From NCBI RefSeq assembly GCF_025526975.1, contig NW_026515687.1:372001-436000 (forward strand): a stretch of DNA of 64,000 nucleotides, in the 5' to 3' direction. Origin of the DNA: Fimicolochytrium jonesii (lineage: Eukaryota). A program made the translations under genes and the position numbers. Position 1 is the stretch's first letter. The number at the start of each line of letters is the position of its first letter. The notes below the pieces were generated by a model. The model was not told the origin of the DNA. It did not search any database and saw nothing but the letters and a program-made list of their open reading frames with translations. Below are positions 13,483 to 27,121 of the stretch, one piece after another.

Positions 13483-13965
13483 ATGCATACCACCTCGCCG
13501 AACTTCGCGCGCTTTGACCCTGTTCAGCAAGTCATTGGCGCGGAGGTCGTAAAAATCTTCAACGACTTCTGTGGGTCGACGGACGCTGAACAGCGGTATA
13601 AAGCCGTCTATGCAGACACATTACGACGCTGTTTACGCGGGACGAAAATGCTATGTATGATCCTCGAGGACGATCTGGTATTTTTGGACCCACCAACCAC
13701 GATCGCAACCATCGCGGGCAGACAGTCTCCTACAACTGCAACGACAACATGTACTTTGATTCCTCCAAGCATGGGTACAAGTATCTCCCCACGGGGCGGA
13801 TGGGGAATGAACCCCGTGCCGCATCTTCATATTGTACAAACTGGAGGAGTTTGTTGAATGCGATGAGGGGACGGATGACGCGGCGGATCTGGGGATACCG
13901 GTTTGTATGGAGAAGCTGGGGATTCAGCAAGGACGGTTTCGGATCGGCCACCATACGGGGTAGAT
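13483..13965 (+). pseudogene. Frameshifted glycosyltransferase-like (GT-A) remnant
   Basis: MLCMILEDDLVF motif, with plausible continuation split over other frames (NMYFDSSKHGY...; EFVECDEGTDDAADLGIPVCM...). Confidence 0.35.
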
Positions 13966-15501
13966 TTTATAGATCTGGTTCTCTCGAATGGTATAGCGGA
14001 CGGCTCCAGGGATGCTCACTAACAATCAACACCCAATCCGGAATGTTATCCCAGATACCGTCTCGGGCGTATGTTGACACCTTCTACGAGAACATATTTT
14101 ATTGATCTCGTCTATGCGCATACCGAAGAAGCTCACCAAAAAGGGCTTGGGTGCGGAAGACTTACGCCTTCTGGTACAATGTGGATTACCGACTCTTGTA
14201 CTGTATGATCAAGAGTCGACCTGATGTTGCATCTCTCCAAATCACGTCCCTCTGGAGAGCGTTTTGTTTGCGATGCAGACGACTGTGGATGACGACCGTC
14301 ACTGCGCCCCCACACACCTGATGTTCTAGGGCGTAGCTGTTTTTCTTCCCTTTCTGGCCTTCCTCAGGATTGGTCGAGTGGGTGGAACCCTGTACAATGA
14401 AAGATGCGATGCATGTGGTTCTAGGACACGTCGTTCAGTACCAGGCATGCCTAAGAGCTTCCATCAGACAAGTGACAGAGGCAACAACAGCAGGAAGGCA
14501 TGTACCGCAAGCTCTGGGAGAAGGGTCTCGCGTATTACAAGCGGATTCAAAATACGGGGTCCTCCATTTCTGCGGGATTGTTAATTCGGTCGGTCCCAAA
14601 TCCCCTTGCTGCCAGGTAATATACGGGACAAAATCATGCCTATGGGTTTCACAAAAAAACCTATACCATCTCTGGGTCCTGGATGTTAAGAGTCCGCCAC
14701 GAGGACTGGATGAATGCTATCCAGAAGGAAAAGGTATTCATGAACAATCGTCGGCCATCGAAGACAGTGATATTCTCGTTTTCATACCCCCACATGTCGT
14801 TTCAATCCCTGCGACATCCAAATTCACTGGCTGTATCCGCTGCGAGGGTGAAAGTTTCCCTTGGTTCTTGTCAAGATTCCCCATTCGCATGAGAAGGAAC
14901 GCGTTTGATCAACGCATGTAAGCATTAACTCCGCTCCGTTCTCGACACTATTTGATCTTTTGTGAAACCGACCTTCGCTACCTACTATCAACGTCCCAAG
15001 CGCAGATTTCAGTCCGAGTGAATGACATTGATTAGTGCATTTAAGATCCACAGATTCAATTGCTCCGCAATAGCTCCCTGGAAGCAGAATGAGCAGAAAC
15101 CCTTGGCCTTTTCTGTATCCATTTTGATTGGATCTGCAAAACCGGAATATGACAACGAAAAGAGTATCTGGCGGAAGGTGGCGGGAACTACTTCACGGTT
15201 AGAACCAAGATCGACGTCGAGAACATTGTCACGGTTTTCTACCCGGGCTTGGCGGTCGCGGTGGTCGTGATCTGGACCGCTCAATAAACGGTACACTACC
15301 GAACTCCCAAAAATAGGATCTGCAAAAACCCCAAGTCTGCTGGAACTTCCAGAAAAAGAGGACTTCTTGGGGAATGATAAAATGCGGGCGAGGGCAAAAG
15401 CCACGCTTGACCGTCCAAGACGTGCAGCGTTGATACACTGAACACACATCCACTCTCGTAGCTTTTTCAATCTGTTCCGCCAGAAACCATCTAACGTTAC
15501 A

Positions 15502-16500
15502 ATGGGCCGCGATCGTAGCGCCTCATTCGCCGGTGCCATAAGCCGTCCTGATCCCTCCTCCCCAACGGGTCCCTACTCAGGTATCCGTACACCCTCCCCA
15601 CCCTACACCTCCCACCCCAACTGACCCCCCTCCCCCTTTCAGCCGGCTTCGAAGTCTCCATGGAAGAGCAGCCCCTAAAACGGATCTCCGGGTTCGAAGA
15701 CCTCGTCGCACATCGACCGACGAAGGAGGAATTGAAACAGAGGAATATCCTGAAATCTGATACTGTTGCGGACGGGTTGCAGGGTGTGAGGGAGGAGTTG
15801 AGGAAGAGGCGGATTGAGGTATGTGTGGCGGACGGAGGAACTTTGGGGATTGTGGTTGATAAGGGGTGTTGCGGGGTTTAGGATACGCTGAAGGAGAAGC
15901 TGGCTGCTCGGCCGGAGCCGGAAACGTTGGTGGAGCAGCATGTTTTGCTTGCTATTGGAGTTGCACCATCCATCCAGGTAATTTTCATGACACGGTTACC
16001 TACAATGTGTCACAAAGTAACCCAACTGGTCCTCACGCCAACTTCGACTTTACGAACAGGGCGCCCAACACGATCTACAAAAGCACAAACTCCTCGACGA
16101 CCTAGAAGGAAAACTCTCCGGCCGCCCCTCAGTCGACTCTCTCATCGACCAAAATATCCTCAAAACCACCTCCCTCGCACCCGCCCTCCAAAGCACGCAA
16201 CATGATCTCGCAAAGCACTTGCTGGTAGATTCCATCCAGCCAAAAATCAGCCACAGGCCATCGGTGACGGAGTTGGTGGATGCGAATATTCTGAAGGACC
16301 CGCATGTTGCGCCGGCGTTGCAGAGCGCGCAGGTTGGGTTGGAGAGGAGCTTCGTGGCGGATTCTTTGAGGCATAGTTTGAGTGAGGTGAGAGACGTTGA
16401 GCTGGAGGTTTAGACATAATGCCGAAAAGGCGGCTGACAGGGATTGCATTCCCAGCGGCCCAAAGAGGAAGCGCTTGGCAAAATCCTCCGTGCTGGATGA
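15502..16500 (+). CDS. RPEL-repeat protein (5 repeats, last truncated), 5 exons
   Basis: Repeats HRPTKEELKQRNILK, ARPEPETLVEQHVL, GRPSVDSLIDQNILK, HRPSVTELVDANILK, E|RPKEEAL; all four introns GT-AG and frame-consistent. Confidence 0.92.
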
Positions 16501-19296
16501 GTCGCGGATATGCAGCTCGGGGGGACCTATTGGCTTTCCGCGATACCCATGCTTTTATCTCCTCGTTCGAGCGTACCCTATCTTCTTCTTTCGGAGACTT
16601 ATCGAGATAGGAAACTCATCGCGTAGAATTTTACCGGTTTAATCTAGTTTAATGAGAACATAGCCCTGATGTCCGTACGATCGTCCTCTCCGTCCATTGC
16701 GGGTGGGGTATTTGGAAACTCGTCTGTGGGCTCAGTCATCTATGCGCCGCTTGAATGTCCTGACCTGCGAACACTTTGAGTTTCCAACCAGCGCACTTGG
16801 ATCCATTCAAAGTTACTGCAGCTCGTTAGCAACTATCGTTTTTCTAGTATTGCTAACGCGTCTGTATATGTAACGCGTGCCGAAGTACGGGCGAGGCAAA
16901 GAGATAGTCCAAACTGGCCCCCATGCCCGACGAAGGCTATTCACGTACAGGAATGGATGGATGGCCATTATCTCCTGAATCCTCAAATTCTGCATTAATC
17001 GTGTCCGAGGGCAGGAAGATGTGTTGGGTGCACTCAACTTCGTTGACCTGGATGAAGTGCGGCGTCGGGCAGGGTCTCAAGGGTGAACGCGTCCTTCATG
17101 GGTGCAAGAAGAACGGGGAACGTACGGAATCCGGACGCGGGGTACATTTCCCGTTTACCTCATTTTCATGTGGGTTGCGGGTGCTTTTCAGTTGGCGGAT
17201 AGTCGATGAGGGCCAAAGCATCGGATGTAAGTTGGACAGAAGTCTCGGGGCCTGCATGCCAAAGTGGTGGACCCGCGGTGCCTCGACCGGCAGGCAGGCG
17301 TTTTCCACCTCAGTTCCAATTCTCAAAACCCACAGAGCTCGTTGTAAGAAGCTGTCCGAAGTATGTCGTTGGGAAAGGACGCTTTCGGACATGAGCGGAC
17401 TTTCCCTGCTTACATCACGCGTTTTGTGGGGGTTTGACCGCGGTCAGCTTTTTGGCGACAGGATAGCGCGTTGAGAGCCCGAGCCACCGTCGTCGGCAGC
17501 TGAAGTTTTAGGATATACCAGGCATACCCGATAAGGTAATGAAAGGTACGGCAGGTGCAGTGAATCTGGGGTCGGGACACCTCCGGTTGCGACGGGCCTG
17601 GTTAACATCACCGAAGATATGCCTAAGCATGGTATAGGATGCCTTTATGCGCGCATGCAGCCTTTCAAGTGCGTTCGTCAGCCAACAAGGACGCTCCAAA
17701 TGAGTCGTCAGGTCCCTGGATATTTGCCGAGACGGCCCTGTGTATCCCCGTCCTACTCCCATACCGCCAGCCAACCGTCTGTCAACGCATGCTGTAAGTC
17801 GCAAGGTTGCCGACAGGCGATTTCTGCACTTGTTCACATCGATGTTCTTGCGCGAGGAACCTCCCTGCAAAATGGCCTAGGTAGATTCTATGCGAATGCA
17901 TGAATGTAGCATAACGGCATCCTCTGCTATTGATGACCAACCGCTGACGTTCTTCCACCTTCAGCTCGCAATCCCTCGGATTGGCCATTGCAGACTCGCC
18001 ACAAGTCTCTAGACTTGCCCTTTGGGAGCCTCTAGACTTCCGAAGGTTCCCCTTGAAGTCACGGCATACAGACGTGCTCATCAGTCGGAGGTATGTAACG
18101 ATTGTGGTTCTAACCCTGCCGAGGGGTCCTGAGTTCATCGCGCACCCAATCTCGTAGGTCGTACATTCCATGAATGACTGAATCGACCATGATCACATTT
18201 TGGAAGCTCCATGATTTCTGCTGCCGACACAGGTTCCGACGACAGGATGCGATCGACCCACAGGAAAAAGCTCGCATGCGGCAGCGTCGCACTCGCTGTG
18301 CTCTGACTCGCAAGATATATGGCCGAGTCAGTGTCGGGTGCTTGCAGAGGAACCGATGTTATTTGGCACCGTGGCGAGCTTGGTACGCTCACGGTTGTCG
18401 TGGTTTGGGCAGGATTTTAGAATATCGGACTTGTTACGATCGAAGATCCAACGCACGTATGGCTTCACATGGTCAAGCAAGCAATCCAGTATAGTACGGT
18501 CGCCGCATGCTTGGAGTCGAGTAAAGAAAGGCCCATCCGTCGACGCAGACGGTGTCGAACGGCTGACATCGCCGAGATGGTACAGTGGCTTCATGTGAGC
18601 CATAATCTCGCTCTCATTGTAACATTTAGCGCCTACAGTGATGTGGTCGCGTGTCCGTGTGAATGCATATGGCCACTTCGTCGTCACTCAGCATGCACGA
18701 CAAAAACACAGCGACACAACTTGCCAGCTCGTCTATTGGCAGCTCGGGTCGGGTAAGGCTCGGTTGACCATCCGCTTGTGGATTAAGAAGCGCAGCCAGA
18801 GCCAGCCTCCGGTATAGCGACAGCTCCGCCTTCGCCGGCATACGGTCCGTCCTTGTGCCACTATGAAAATGCGGTAAAGCCCGGTCTGTGGCTGGTCGAG
18901 TCGATTGTGCTGAGCGTTTTGTATACGCAACGAGGGCGATAGAAAGGTTTAGCTATTCTCGTCCATGAGGGAGGTGACTGCTGGAGTTCTCCAGCGACGG
19001 CCAGCACAATCCTGGCTTTCTCCAGGCCGGATCCTGGCCTCAGTCGGATGACCAAAGTCTCAGAGGTTACTCGAATTCCACCCAAAACCATTGCGCAAGT
19101 AAGGCTGTTCTTAATTTGAGATAAATAGGGGAATAAGAAGGTACAAAAAAGCGGGAAACGAGAGAGGAGCGAAAACGGAACCTCCCCGTCATTTCCCATC
19201 ATCACCGTCTAGAGCCCTAATCTAAACACGGCGTCCACGTCGCAAATTCAGTCTATAGACATGAAGTCGTCCAGATACTATAATGTTTTCGCACGT

Positions 19297-20689
19297 CTAT
19301 TCCTGCTTGGTCTCCGCGGCGACCTCAGAGGGATACTTCATCTTCCACATGCCCTTCTCCGGCAACCAGGAGAGGATGGGGCGGGTGGAGTACCAGTGAG
19401 ATTTGAGGAACTCCCAGAGTGGGAAGCCTTCGACTTTGCGGTATGATGGGCCGAGGACTTTCGCGACGATCTGAGGAACGAGGATGAATATTAGGAGGTG
19501 GCCCGTTCGACGGCAAATTCCGGTTTGATATGAAACTTACAGGTGTCGCTTCCATCAACCTGTAGTGAGGGATGGACGTGTACATCAAGTGGTGGGCAAC
19601 GTGTCCATCAGTGATGTTGTGAATCAACTTGTCAAGGATTCCGTAGCCGTACACGCGGTCGACGGTCTGCACCGCTCCGGTGGTGAAGGTCCAGTTCTTC
19701 TCGCTATACACTTGCGTGCCAGCGGTGTGGTGCTGGAGGTAGGTGACAGCGTACAACCACTGTAGAAATATGCGGTGTGAGAACCATGCGTGCACCTTCC
19801 CAAAGTCAAGTCCGGTAATGAACTCACTGTGTTGTAGGCCAACCATGGAACAACGTATGCGTAGTTGAACGTTGTCCACGATCCAGAAGCGTACCGGATG
19901 GCAACGAGGTAGGTCAACACGACACCGACACTGAACGCGCATTGGGCACGCTCCTTGTTGTTCCTGAACAGCTTGCTCCATGGCAAGAAGTGGCTACCAT
20001 CTGGTAGACCGGCAAGAAGGTACAGGAAAGCGTATGCGACAGGGACGAGGAACGGCTGGTTCTTGATGAACTTGGCGCCCATGATCTCCTCCGATGGCGT
20101 GCTCCACGTGTGGGACATGTCCTTCTCTTTATGGTTGTGAAACTGATGGTGCTGGGCGTGGGAACGAGCCCATGGCCAGAAGGGGACGAGGAGGAAACCG
20201 TGGGACAGATGTCCGACCGTGGCGTTGACGTGTTTGTGGTTAGAGAAGCTTCCGTGACCTGACGAAGAGGAGTTCGCAGGATAAGCAACAATATCCAAGG
20301 ATTATAGGGCCGCCTCAAAAGTAGCTTTCAAGCCTACCGCAGTCGTGTCCCACTACGAAAAGGGACCAGAGCATAATTCCAGTGACATTGAACCAAACGG
20401 CGTACGCCGCCCACAGACCGAGAGACCAGTGGCGCTCCGGCAAAAAGAAGTTGGCGTAGAGGACAAACAGACCGGCAAGGACGACAGTGTCGAAGGCGAA
20501 GTATGCCATAGAAATGGGGAGCGACTTTTCGAACACACGCGCGGGGAGGGCCTTGCGCAATGCGCCAATGTTGATATCCGCTCCTGGGAACTCGTGTTTA
20601 ATGCTCTCGTTCAGCATCTCATCCTCGGCCGCGATCGCGGTAGGTTTGCGGGCGACAGGGGTCGGAGTCGCTGTCGTTGTGCCAGCCAT
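19297..20689 (-). CDS. Methyl-end (omega-3/delta-12 type) fatty acid desaturase, 4 exons
   Basis: Three His boxes HDCG|H, HAQHH, HVAHH; TYLQH; transmembrane segments. Confidence 0.93.
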
Positions 20690-22258
20690 GTTTGGACTGG
20701 AAAATGAGAAGGAAGCCGTAGATCAGCGTCTGACTTTGCAAACAAGTTTGTCGGAGGTTCCAAAACCTTGCTGAGGTGTACTGCGGGCCAGGGGAAGAGG
20801 AAGCACTCACCACAGATATCAGGTAACCACGACAAAGGTCTATTGAGGATATCTAGAACAGAACGGGAGCAAACAAGAGTCCGTGGGAGCACAGCAAGCT
20901 TCAGAGGGGAGTTCGCGGACGCCCTGGGGGTTTTATTGCGGCCGAAAGCGAGATTCTCCACCGCAAAACCCACGGACGCTTTCGGGACGATATCGGTTCT
21001 AAATCCAGACGTTTGCAATCCCATTAATTCATTCAGCGGGCGGTATCAAGATGCATATGCTTTTCGCCCCTGCATTGGGGGAGGGGGGGGTGGTACGCGC
21101 CAGGGAAGGCACCGGCTGAGCACACGCGCAAGGTGAAAATAGGCTATTTGCAGCGCGGCGCGTCGGGAAGATCGGGCGGTCGCGAGGGCTTCTGGATGCT
21201 TCCGCCTGGACTTATCCATTACGAGCTTATTTGTAGGCCCCGAATTAGCAGCAGCACGGTGAAACTCTCCTTGCATTCATGGCGGATCCTCTCGCACAGC
21301 CAGCTATTCGGAAGGCGGTGCAGGCACATGCAACGTCTTTATCAGACTTTCTCATCCCCGGTAAAAGTGAGCCCCTGATTCCAGCCATCAGGATTCCTTG
21401 AGATCCGCGCGGATATATAAAATAAAAGAGATTGGCAAATCTCACGACGATCGAAACGAAGCACACGCACAGCCATGCCCTCCGCTCGCTCGACGCTCGT
21501 GCTCGTGCGTCACCCGCCATGGTTTTACAATGCGCAGTGAGTGAGACACGTGACCAATTTTTAAAATTTATAAGTTTAAACCAGTTTGGCGAGACCCAGG
21601 GCGAGACCTAGTACCGCGTTCGACAGCTTCAACAGGTCCTGCATGGAGTTTGACGTGCTTTGCAAACGGCATCAATGAAGCACGGCCAATTAATCGACGC
21701 TCGGAGTGGGATGTTCTTTGATGACAGAAACGCTGGATATAGATCTTCGAGTCCGGGGCCAAAGCTTGTCTTTGCTGATCGCCGAGACAGACATACCGCT
21801 CCTACACTCGACGACCGTGGCGTCAAACGTGCCAGATTGGCTGGTTCTCTCTCCGAATGATCCAAACCAGACAGTCAAACTTCCATAGCCATGAACGGAT
21901 TGTGGAGAACGAATTGTGGAGAATAAGGAAAACCATGCGTCTTCCATTGCTCCACGCGCGGAACAACATTGGGAATCAAGTGTGTATGAGCCAATTACGT
22001 GATCATGGGTAACAATAGACTATACGAATATGTTTTGTTGATGTATGACTCCAAAAACAATTCAACGACGGAGGGGCTAGGGGTAACTAAATGCAATATA
22101 CAGAGTGAGGGAATATGGTCATTATGTGTGAGGTTTTAAGTATACAGTCTGTGCCTACGCTACAGTAGTGTGGTAGTTATGGAAGCCGAAAGTCATGAAC
22201 GTTATGAAGAAAGTCGAAAGGAGAACGCGGTCCGGAGAGAGATTTCCCTCGTCCGCTA

Positions 22259-25200
22259 TCATTGCCTCAAATCCGAGTCCCCAATCAACCCGGACACATC
22301 ATGATTCGGCGGCGGCAAATCCAACAACTGCGCCAACATCCCATTCACATCCAAATCCGCATCATACGACGGCGTCTCGCCCACATCGTAGCCGCGGGGG
22401 TACGACGAATACTCCACATACCCCGACCCCGAGTCCTGTGTCGTCGTCGTCGTCGTCACATTCCTCCCAACATCCGGCTTATCCTCCTCCTCCTTCAACA
22501 CAGCCTCGTTAGCAGCCGCTTTTTCCTCAGCCGCAGCCAACGCATTGAAAGCTTCAAGAACCTCCTTGGCTTCCACCTTCGCAACCGCCAGCAATTTCTT
22601 GCACTGCACATCATCCAACCCATGCGCGTGGATCAAATGATACTTCAACCCGTTAAGATTCTTATACGGTTTCTCGCACTGCACCATTATCGTTGTCGGC
22701 GGTCGTTCCCCCTGGGGAGTCGCACCTTTAACCGCTTTGGCAGCCGCGTCGTCAACAAGCACGCGACAGATGAACGGTTTTACGGCGTTCTTCGGGTCGT
22801 CCTCCCCGGCTGCGTCCGCTTCCGCGGCTGCTTTGGAGGTGGATTCGTAGAGTTCCGGGTGGCCGTGTTCCAGGTGGTATTTGAGCCCGTTGGGGTTCTT
22901 GTAGGATTTGTTGCAGTTGGGGTGAGGGCACGGGTGGGGTTTAGCGGGCCCGATAAGGGGTGTGCTGGGTGTTGGGGCATCGGCGGTGATGGGCGTGCCG
23001 GCATCGCCCGATTCGACGGTGGAGGCGGAGTCGGAGTGGGTGGGCCCGTGGGGGCGCTCTTTGCGGGCGCGTGGCTTGGCTTTTGGGCGGGCTGCTACTG
23101 CTGCGGCTGCGGACGGGGTTGTGGCGGGGGCTGTGGGTGGGACGCGGGAGGTTGTGGAGGGGGCGGGTGATGGGTGGTGGGCGGCCGGGGTTGCGGGGTT
23201 GCCTGCCGATGTCGCTGGCGGGAAAGCGTTGGCGGATAGTGACTGTGTTTGTGCCGTTTGTCTCACGGCTGTCGCGGGTTGCTGTAAGGGTATGGCCGCC
23301 TGCACATGTGTATCGTGGTTCGGGTGTTGCTGCTGCCGTTGAGGCGCATTTACTCCGCCCGAAGGATACATTTGCTCAGAATATACCAGTCCGTTCGCGT
23401 ATTGTTGATATGGCGCTCCCAAATGGTTCATACCCTGCCCCACCAGGATGGACGAGTAATCCGCATAGCCGTATGCTGGCATGTACACCGGTTGATTCCG
23501 GAACTCGGGGGGCAGTACAGGCGCACTCGTCTGCAGACCGTGCGGCATGGCCGGGTCCTGCGTATGTGCCGACTGCACACCCAAATTCTGCGATGCAAGA
23601 TGCTGTCTTGATGGTACAGGGCCGTTAGCGTTCGACACGTCATCATATGCAGCAGCATCGGGCCTAGAATGTGATGCCGGGCGCGTCTCAACATAATCGG
23701 CATTGGCGTCCAACGCAAACTCCGAGGGTATCTGGCCACTTTGGGGCATCATGGGTGGAGTACGCAAGGACGAAGCCTGGAAGTTTGCGATCAGAAAGTC
23801 CATCGCGTTCCCCGGCTGCTGCTCCGATGAGAGCATGTTGTTGTTCACCGGTATGGGTGCCGCGAGGGACGATGTGGGGGCAAAGTGGCCAGGTTGTGGG
23901 GCGGCCATGGTTGATGACGTTTGAGCAAGCTTCTGGGAGAGTGCCGACGTCTGACCCGCGCCATGACCGTCGGAAAGGCTGGAGTTGGAGTTACCTCTTG
24001 GTCGGTGCAGGGGGTGGGCGGAATCGTTGTGGTTGTCGTCGTCGGCGTCATGAAGTGCTCTCATCTGGGCGTGTGTACCGGGTCTCGGCACGGCCATCGG
24101 AGTCGTGCGCGTCGCCTCCACTTCCTGATCAGTCTGCGAGCCCCGCCGATGACTGTTCTGCTGAGGGTTCGATGCATCCGCATAGTCCGTCTCGTCATTC
24201 GCGGCAACCGATGAGCCCGGGTACATGAAGGGTTGTTGATAGAGTGGATTACCCCCAGCATTTCCATCCACCCGCGAGGGCGCAAGCAAGGACTCGAGCA
24301 TTTCCTCCGACAATTCCTGCTGCGGCTGATATCCCGTTCCCATGCCAGACCTCATCCCATTCCCTGGTGTCATACCATACATCGCCTGCCCTGCATCGCC
24401 ACTCTGCATCAAAATGTCCGAGAAATCTACCCCGCTCAACCGGAATTCTTCTCTTATGCGTTTGAGTTCGATCGCTGAATACGACCCTACCGAAAACGCT
24501 GCCGCGGACAGAGTTCGCTTCTGCGCGAGGATCTGTGCCCCTCTCGTTTCCGCATCGTTGACGTTCGGTTGATTCGCGAGCAATGCGGACAGATCAGCGT
24601 CGACATTGCCCGTCCCAGCCGGAAAGAGGCCGCTGAGACCCGATGGCCCATGCGCTAGGTGTGTAGGATGCTGGTATAATGGAGGATAGTACTGAGACCA
24701 GTCTTGCCCGTTTGCTCCATTTGACCCGTTTCGAGCCTCATGAAATGCCGCTCTGGTGATGGCTGGTGCAATTCCGCCGTAATTGGGATAAATGGGTAAA
24801 GCTGCGGGCCCAGCATTTCCGCTATTTCCGTTCCCTGGCTTCGCATTAGCTAGTGAGCCATTTGCATTAGGATTCGCGGTATGCTCTAGCGCGCAATGCC
24901 GCAATAGGTCGTCGTAGGTCGCGTGAATGATCCCACAGCAAGGTATGTCGCGGTGCGGGAACGGAGTTTGCAGTGCCTGCTGGAAAGCGCTGTCATTCGT
25001 CCCCACATTGCCAGGCGCAGGACTGTTGCTATTACTGTTGTTGTTGTTGTTTCCAGTATAGACGGCGTGCGGTGCGCGCCTGTAGAGAAAGTTCGAGGTA
25101 CGCCGTGGGGAAACGGGGGAGTCGGAGAAAGGAAACATGGGTGAGGTGCCGAAGGATGTCGTATCGGGAGGCGTTGTTGAGACTATGCCCTGACCATGAC

Positions 25201-25907
25201 CCATCATGATGGATGTTGGCGTGGTTAGCACGTTGTGGGGCGTTGGCTGCCAATGACTACCACTGCTATTATTACGTGAGACAGGCACGGGAGCCATGGG
25301 CCTCCCGGTCAAGTTCTTCGCAGGATCCATTTGTCCCATTCTCTGCGGGTCTCCTCCAGGTCCTTGCGCAAAGGAAATGATTCTTGCCCGACTGTTGGCG
25401 TGGAAATTGGATTCCGAGTAACCTGTCGAAACCCCAAAACCACCCGTAGGATACTGATGTTGATAGGATAGCTGCGACTGCGAAGCCGTTGGTTGAGTTG
25501 TTTGGGGTACTCCACCACCGTTTAGTGTGTTGTTGTATTGCCCGTTGTGGAGTTTGGGAGCATCGGTATTGCCAGTAGAGTTTGAATGTCCGGGAGGAGT
25601 CTCCAGGCGCCCAGGAACCATTCCCACTGAAAGCTAAAAGACTGGTGACGGGTGTAAGCGTCTAGCACCCTCAGAAAGGTAGAGTATTGCCCAGCCAGCA
25701 CTCACCAGATTTGTCTCTGGGAAAGAAGCTACAAGGTGACTTCCCCCCCACTTTGACAACCCTGAGTTTTGAAAGGCTGGTTGTGGCTCGCACCAAACGT
25801 ATCGTCTGCCAGGAACTTTCGCCTATGTACTTGCGGTTTGAGTGTGGAGTGATTCCGAACGTTGAGGAGTGTGGAGGATGCAGGGTTAATGGGTAGAAGT
25901 CTTTCAT
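22259..25907 (-). CDS. SFP1: Sfp1-like C2H2 zinc-finger transcription factor; first exon tentative
   Basis: CCGIIHATYDDLLRHC N-terminal motif; KPHPCPHPNCNKSYKNPNGLKYHLEHGH and KPYKNLNGLKYH split fingers; intron ~25627-25705. Confidence 0.8.
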
Positions 25908-27121
25908 GTGAAATGCCGCTTCCGAGTTTTCGCTCTCAAAGCACCTTTCGGTCGTTGCGACTTCCAGATCCAAGTTCCCTGACCAGCAAGGAGACCACGC
26001 AAGACGGAAGGGGTTGTTGGGGAGGAAATTCTGGGGGTCAGGCGCAATTCATGGGCTGCCGTTTTTGATTAGCGGAGTGCCCGGAGTCTAATCAAAATGG
26101 AGTAACATCGGAGCTGTGTCTAAATGAATCATCCACGCGGTTCAAAAGACCCCACCCCAAACCAATTGTTTGGACACGCCACCGTGTATTGGCCCTCTCA
26201 CTTTCATGGCTACCGTGTGCCAGACGACGTGACCTCGGGTCCTGTGAGCTGAATGAAATTCAGCCCCGTTGCAGATCCTATCTATTCCATTAGCGCTTTT
26301 GTTAACAGTTCCCGAAACCGGGTTCTGGGCCTGATTGCGGAAGTGGCTTGCAGTGCGATCCTAGTTCTGAACCTCCGAAACTTGATGTTCGAATTGGGCA
26401 GACATGTCGCGAAAACGTGCGTAAATTGTGGGGTAGGTCGGTGCGAGCCGCTGACTGTTTCCTGTGGTATCATGCATTGGCTTTTTGAACGAACAAGTCA
26501 TGAAGTCAGTATATACGTAGTATAGAACTCTGCACTTCCCAAATCATGTATCGATGGCGTCCAATTTGGGCGTCGGATTCTCCACGGTTGAAGATCCAGA
26601 CGATTTGACAGAAATGCTTTCAATTGCGCAAGCGGAGTTGTGGCAAGAGGATGTTCCATTGGGGTGTACAGCGGTGCGATATATTGCCCTTGCTGCATGC
26701 CCAATGCCTTTCCGTCAATTTCCTTGTCTCGAGGTGCATATGTATACAATGCTTTTGGTTTCCCGATGATTCAATCACTCATGACATTCCATTTTTCCAT
26801 GCTACGTCCCGAAAATGCCACCAAAGCGACCTATAACATCTTTTCACCTTTAATTTACGCCAAAATACATCCAAAAGTTCGAGGATACGCCGAAAAAGAC
26901 ACAAAAAGGAGGGATGGAGGGATGGAGAGATACGACCTAAAAAGCCCAAGAGCATAAACATCTAATCGCCGTCTCGTCTCCCTCGAAACAAAAACAATGC
27001 GAAGACCTCGATGATAAATACCGAACGACTACGAAGGTAAAACATGGATACGCCGAGAGAGAAAGAACAAAATGCCACCGGCTGAAAGTTCGGACCAAAA
27101 AACACTTTCGAGTGACCAAAA

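Noticed and set aside
15581..15642. U12-type intron (GTATCC donor)
   Set aside because: Donor is GTATCCGT rather than GTATCCTT and the branch site is U2-like (CTGAC)
17400..19200. Possible NACHT/ankyrin or TE remnant (IDVNK, GDVNQ fragments)
   Set aside because: Matches too short and frames too broken to support a call
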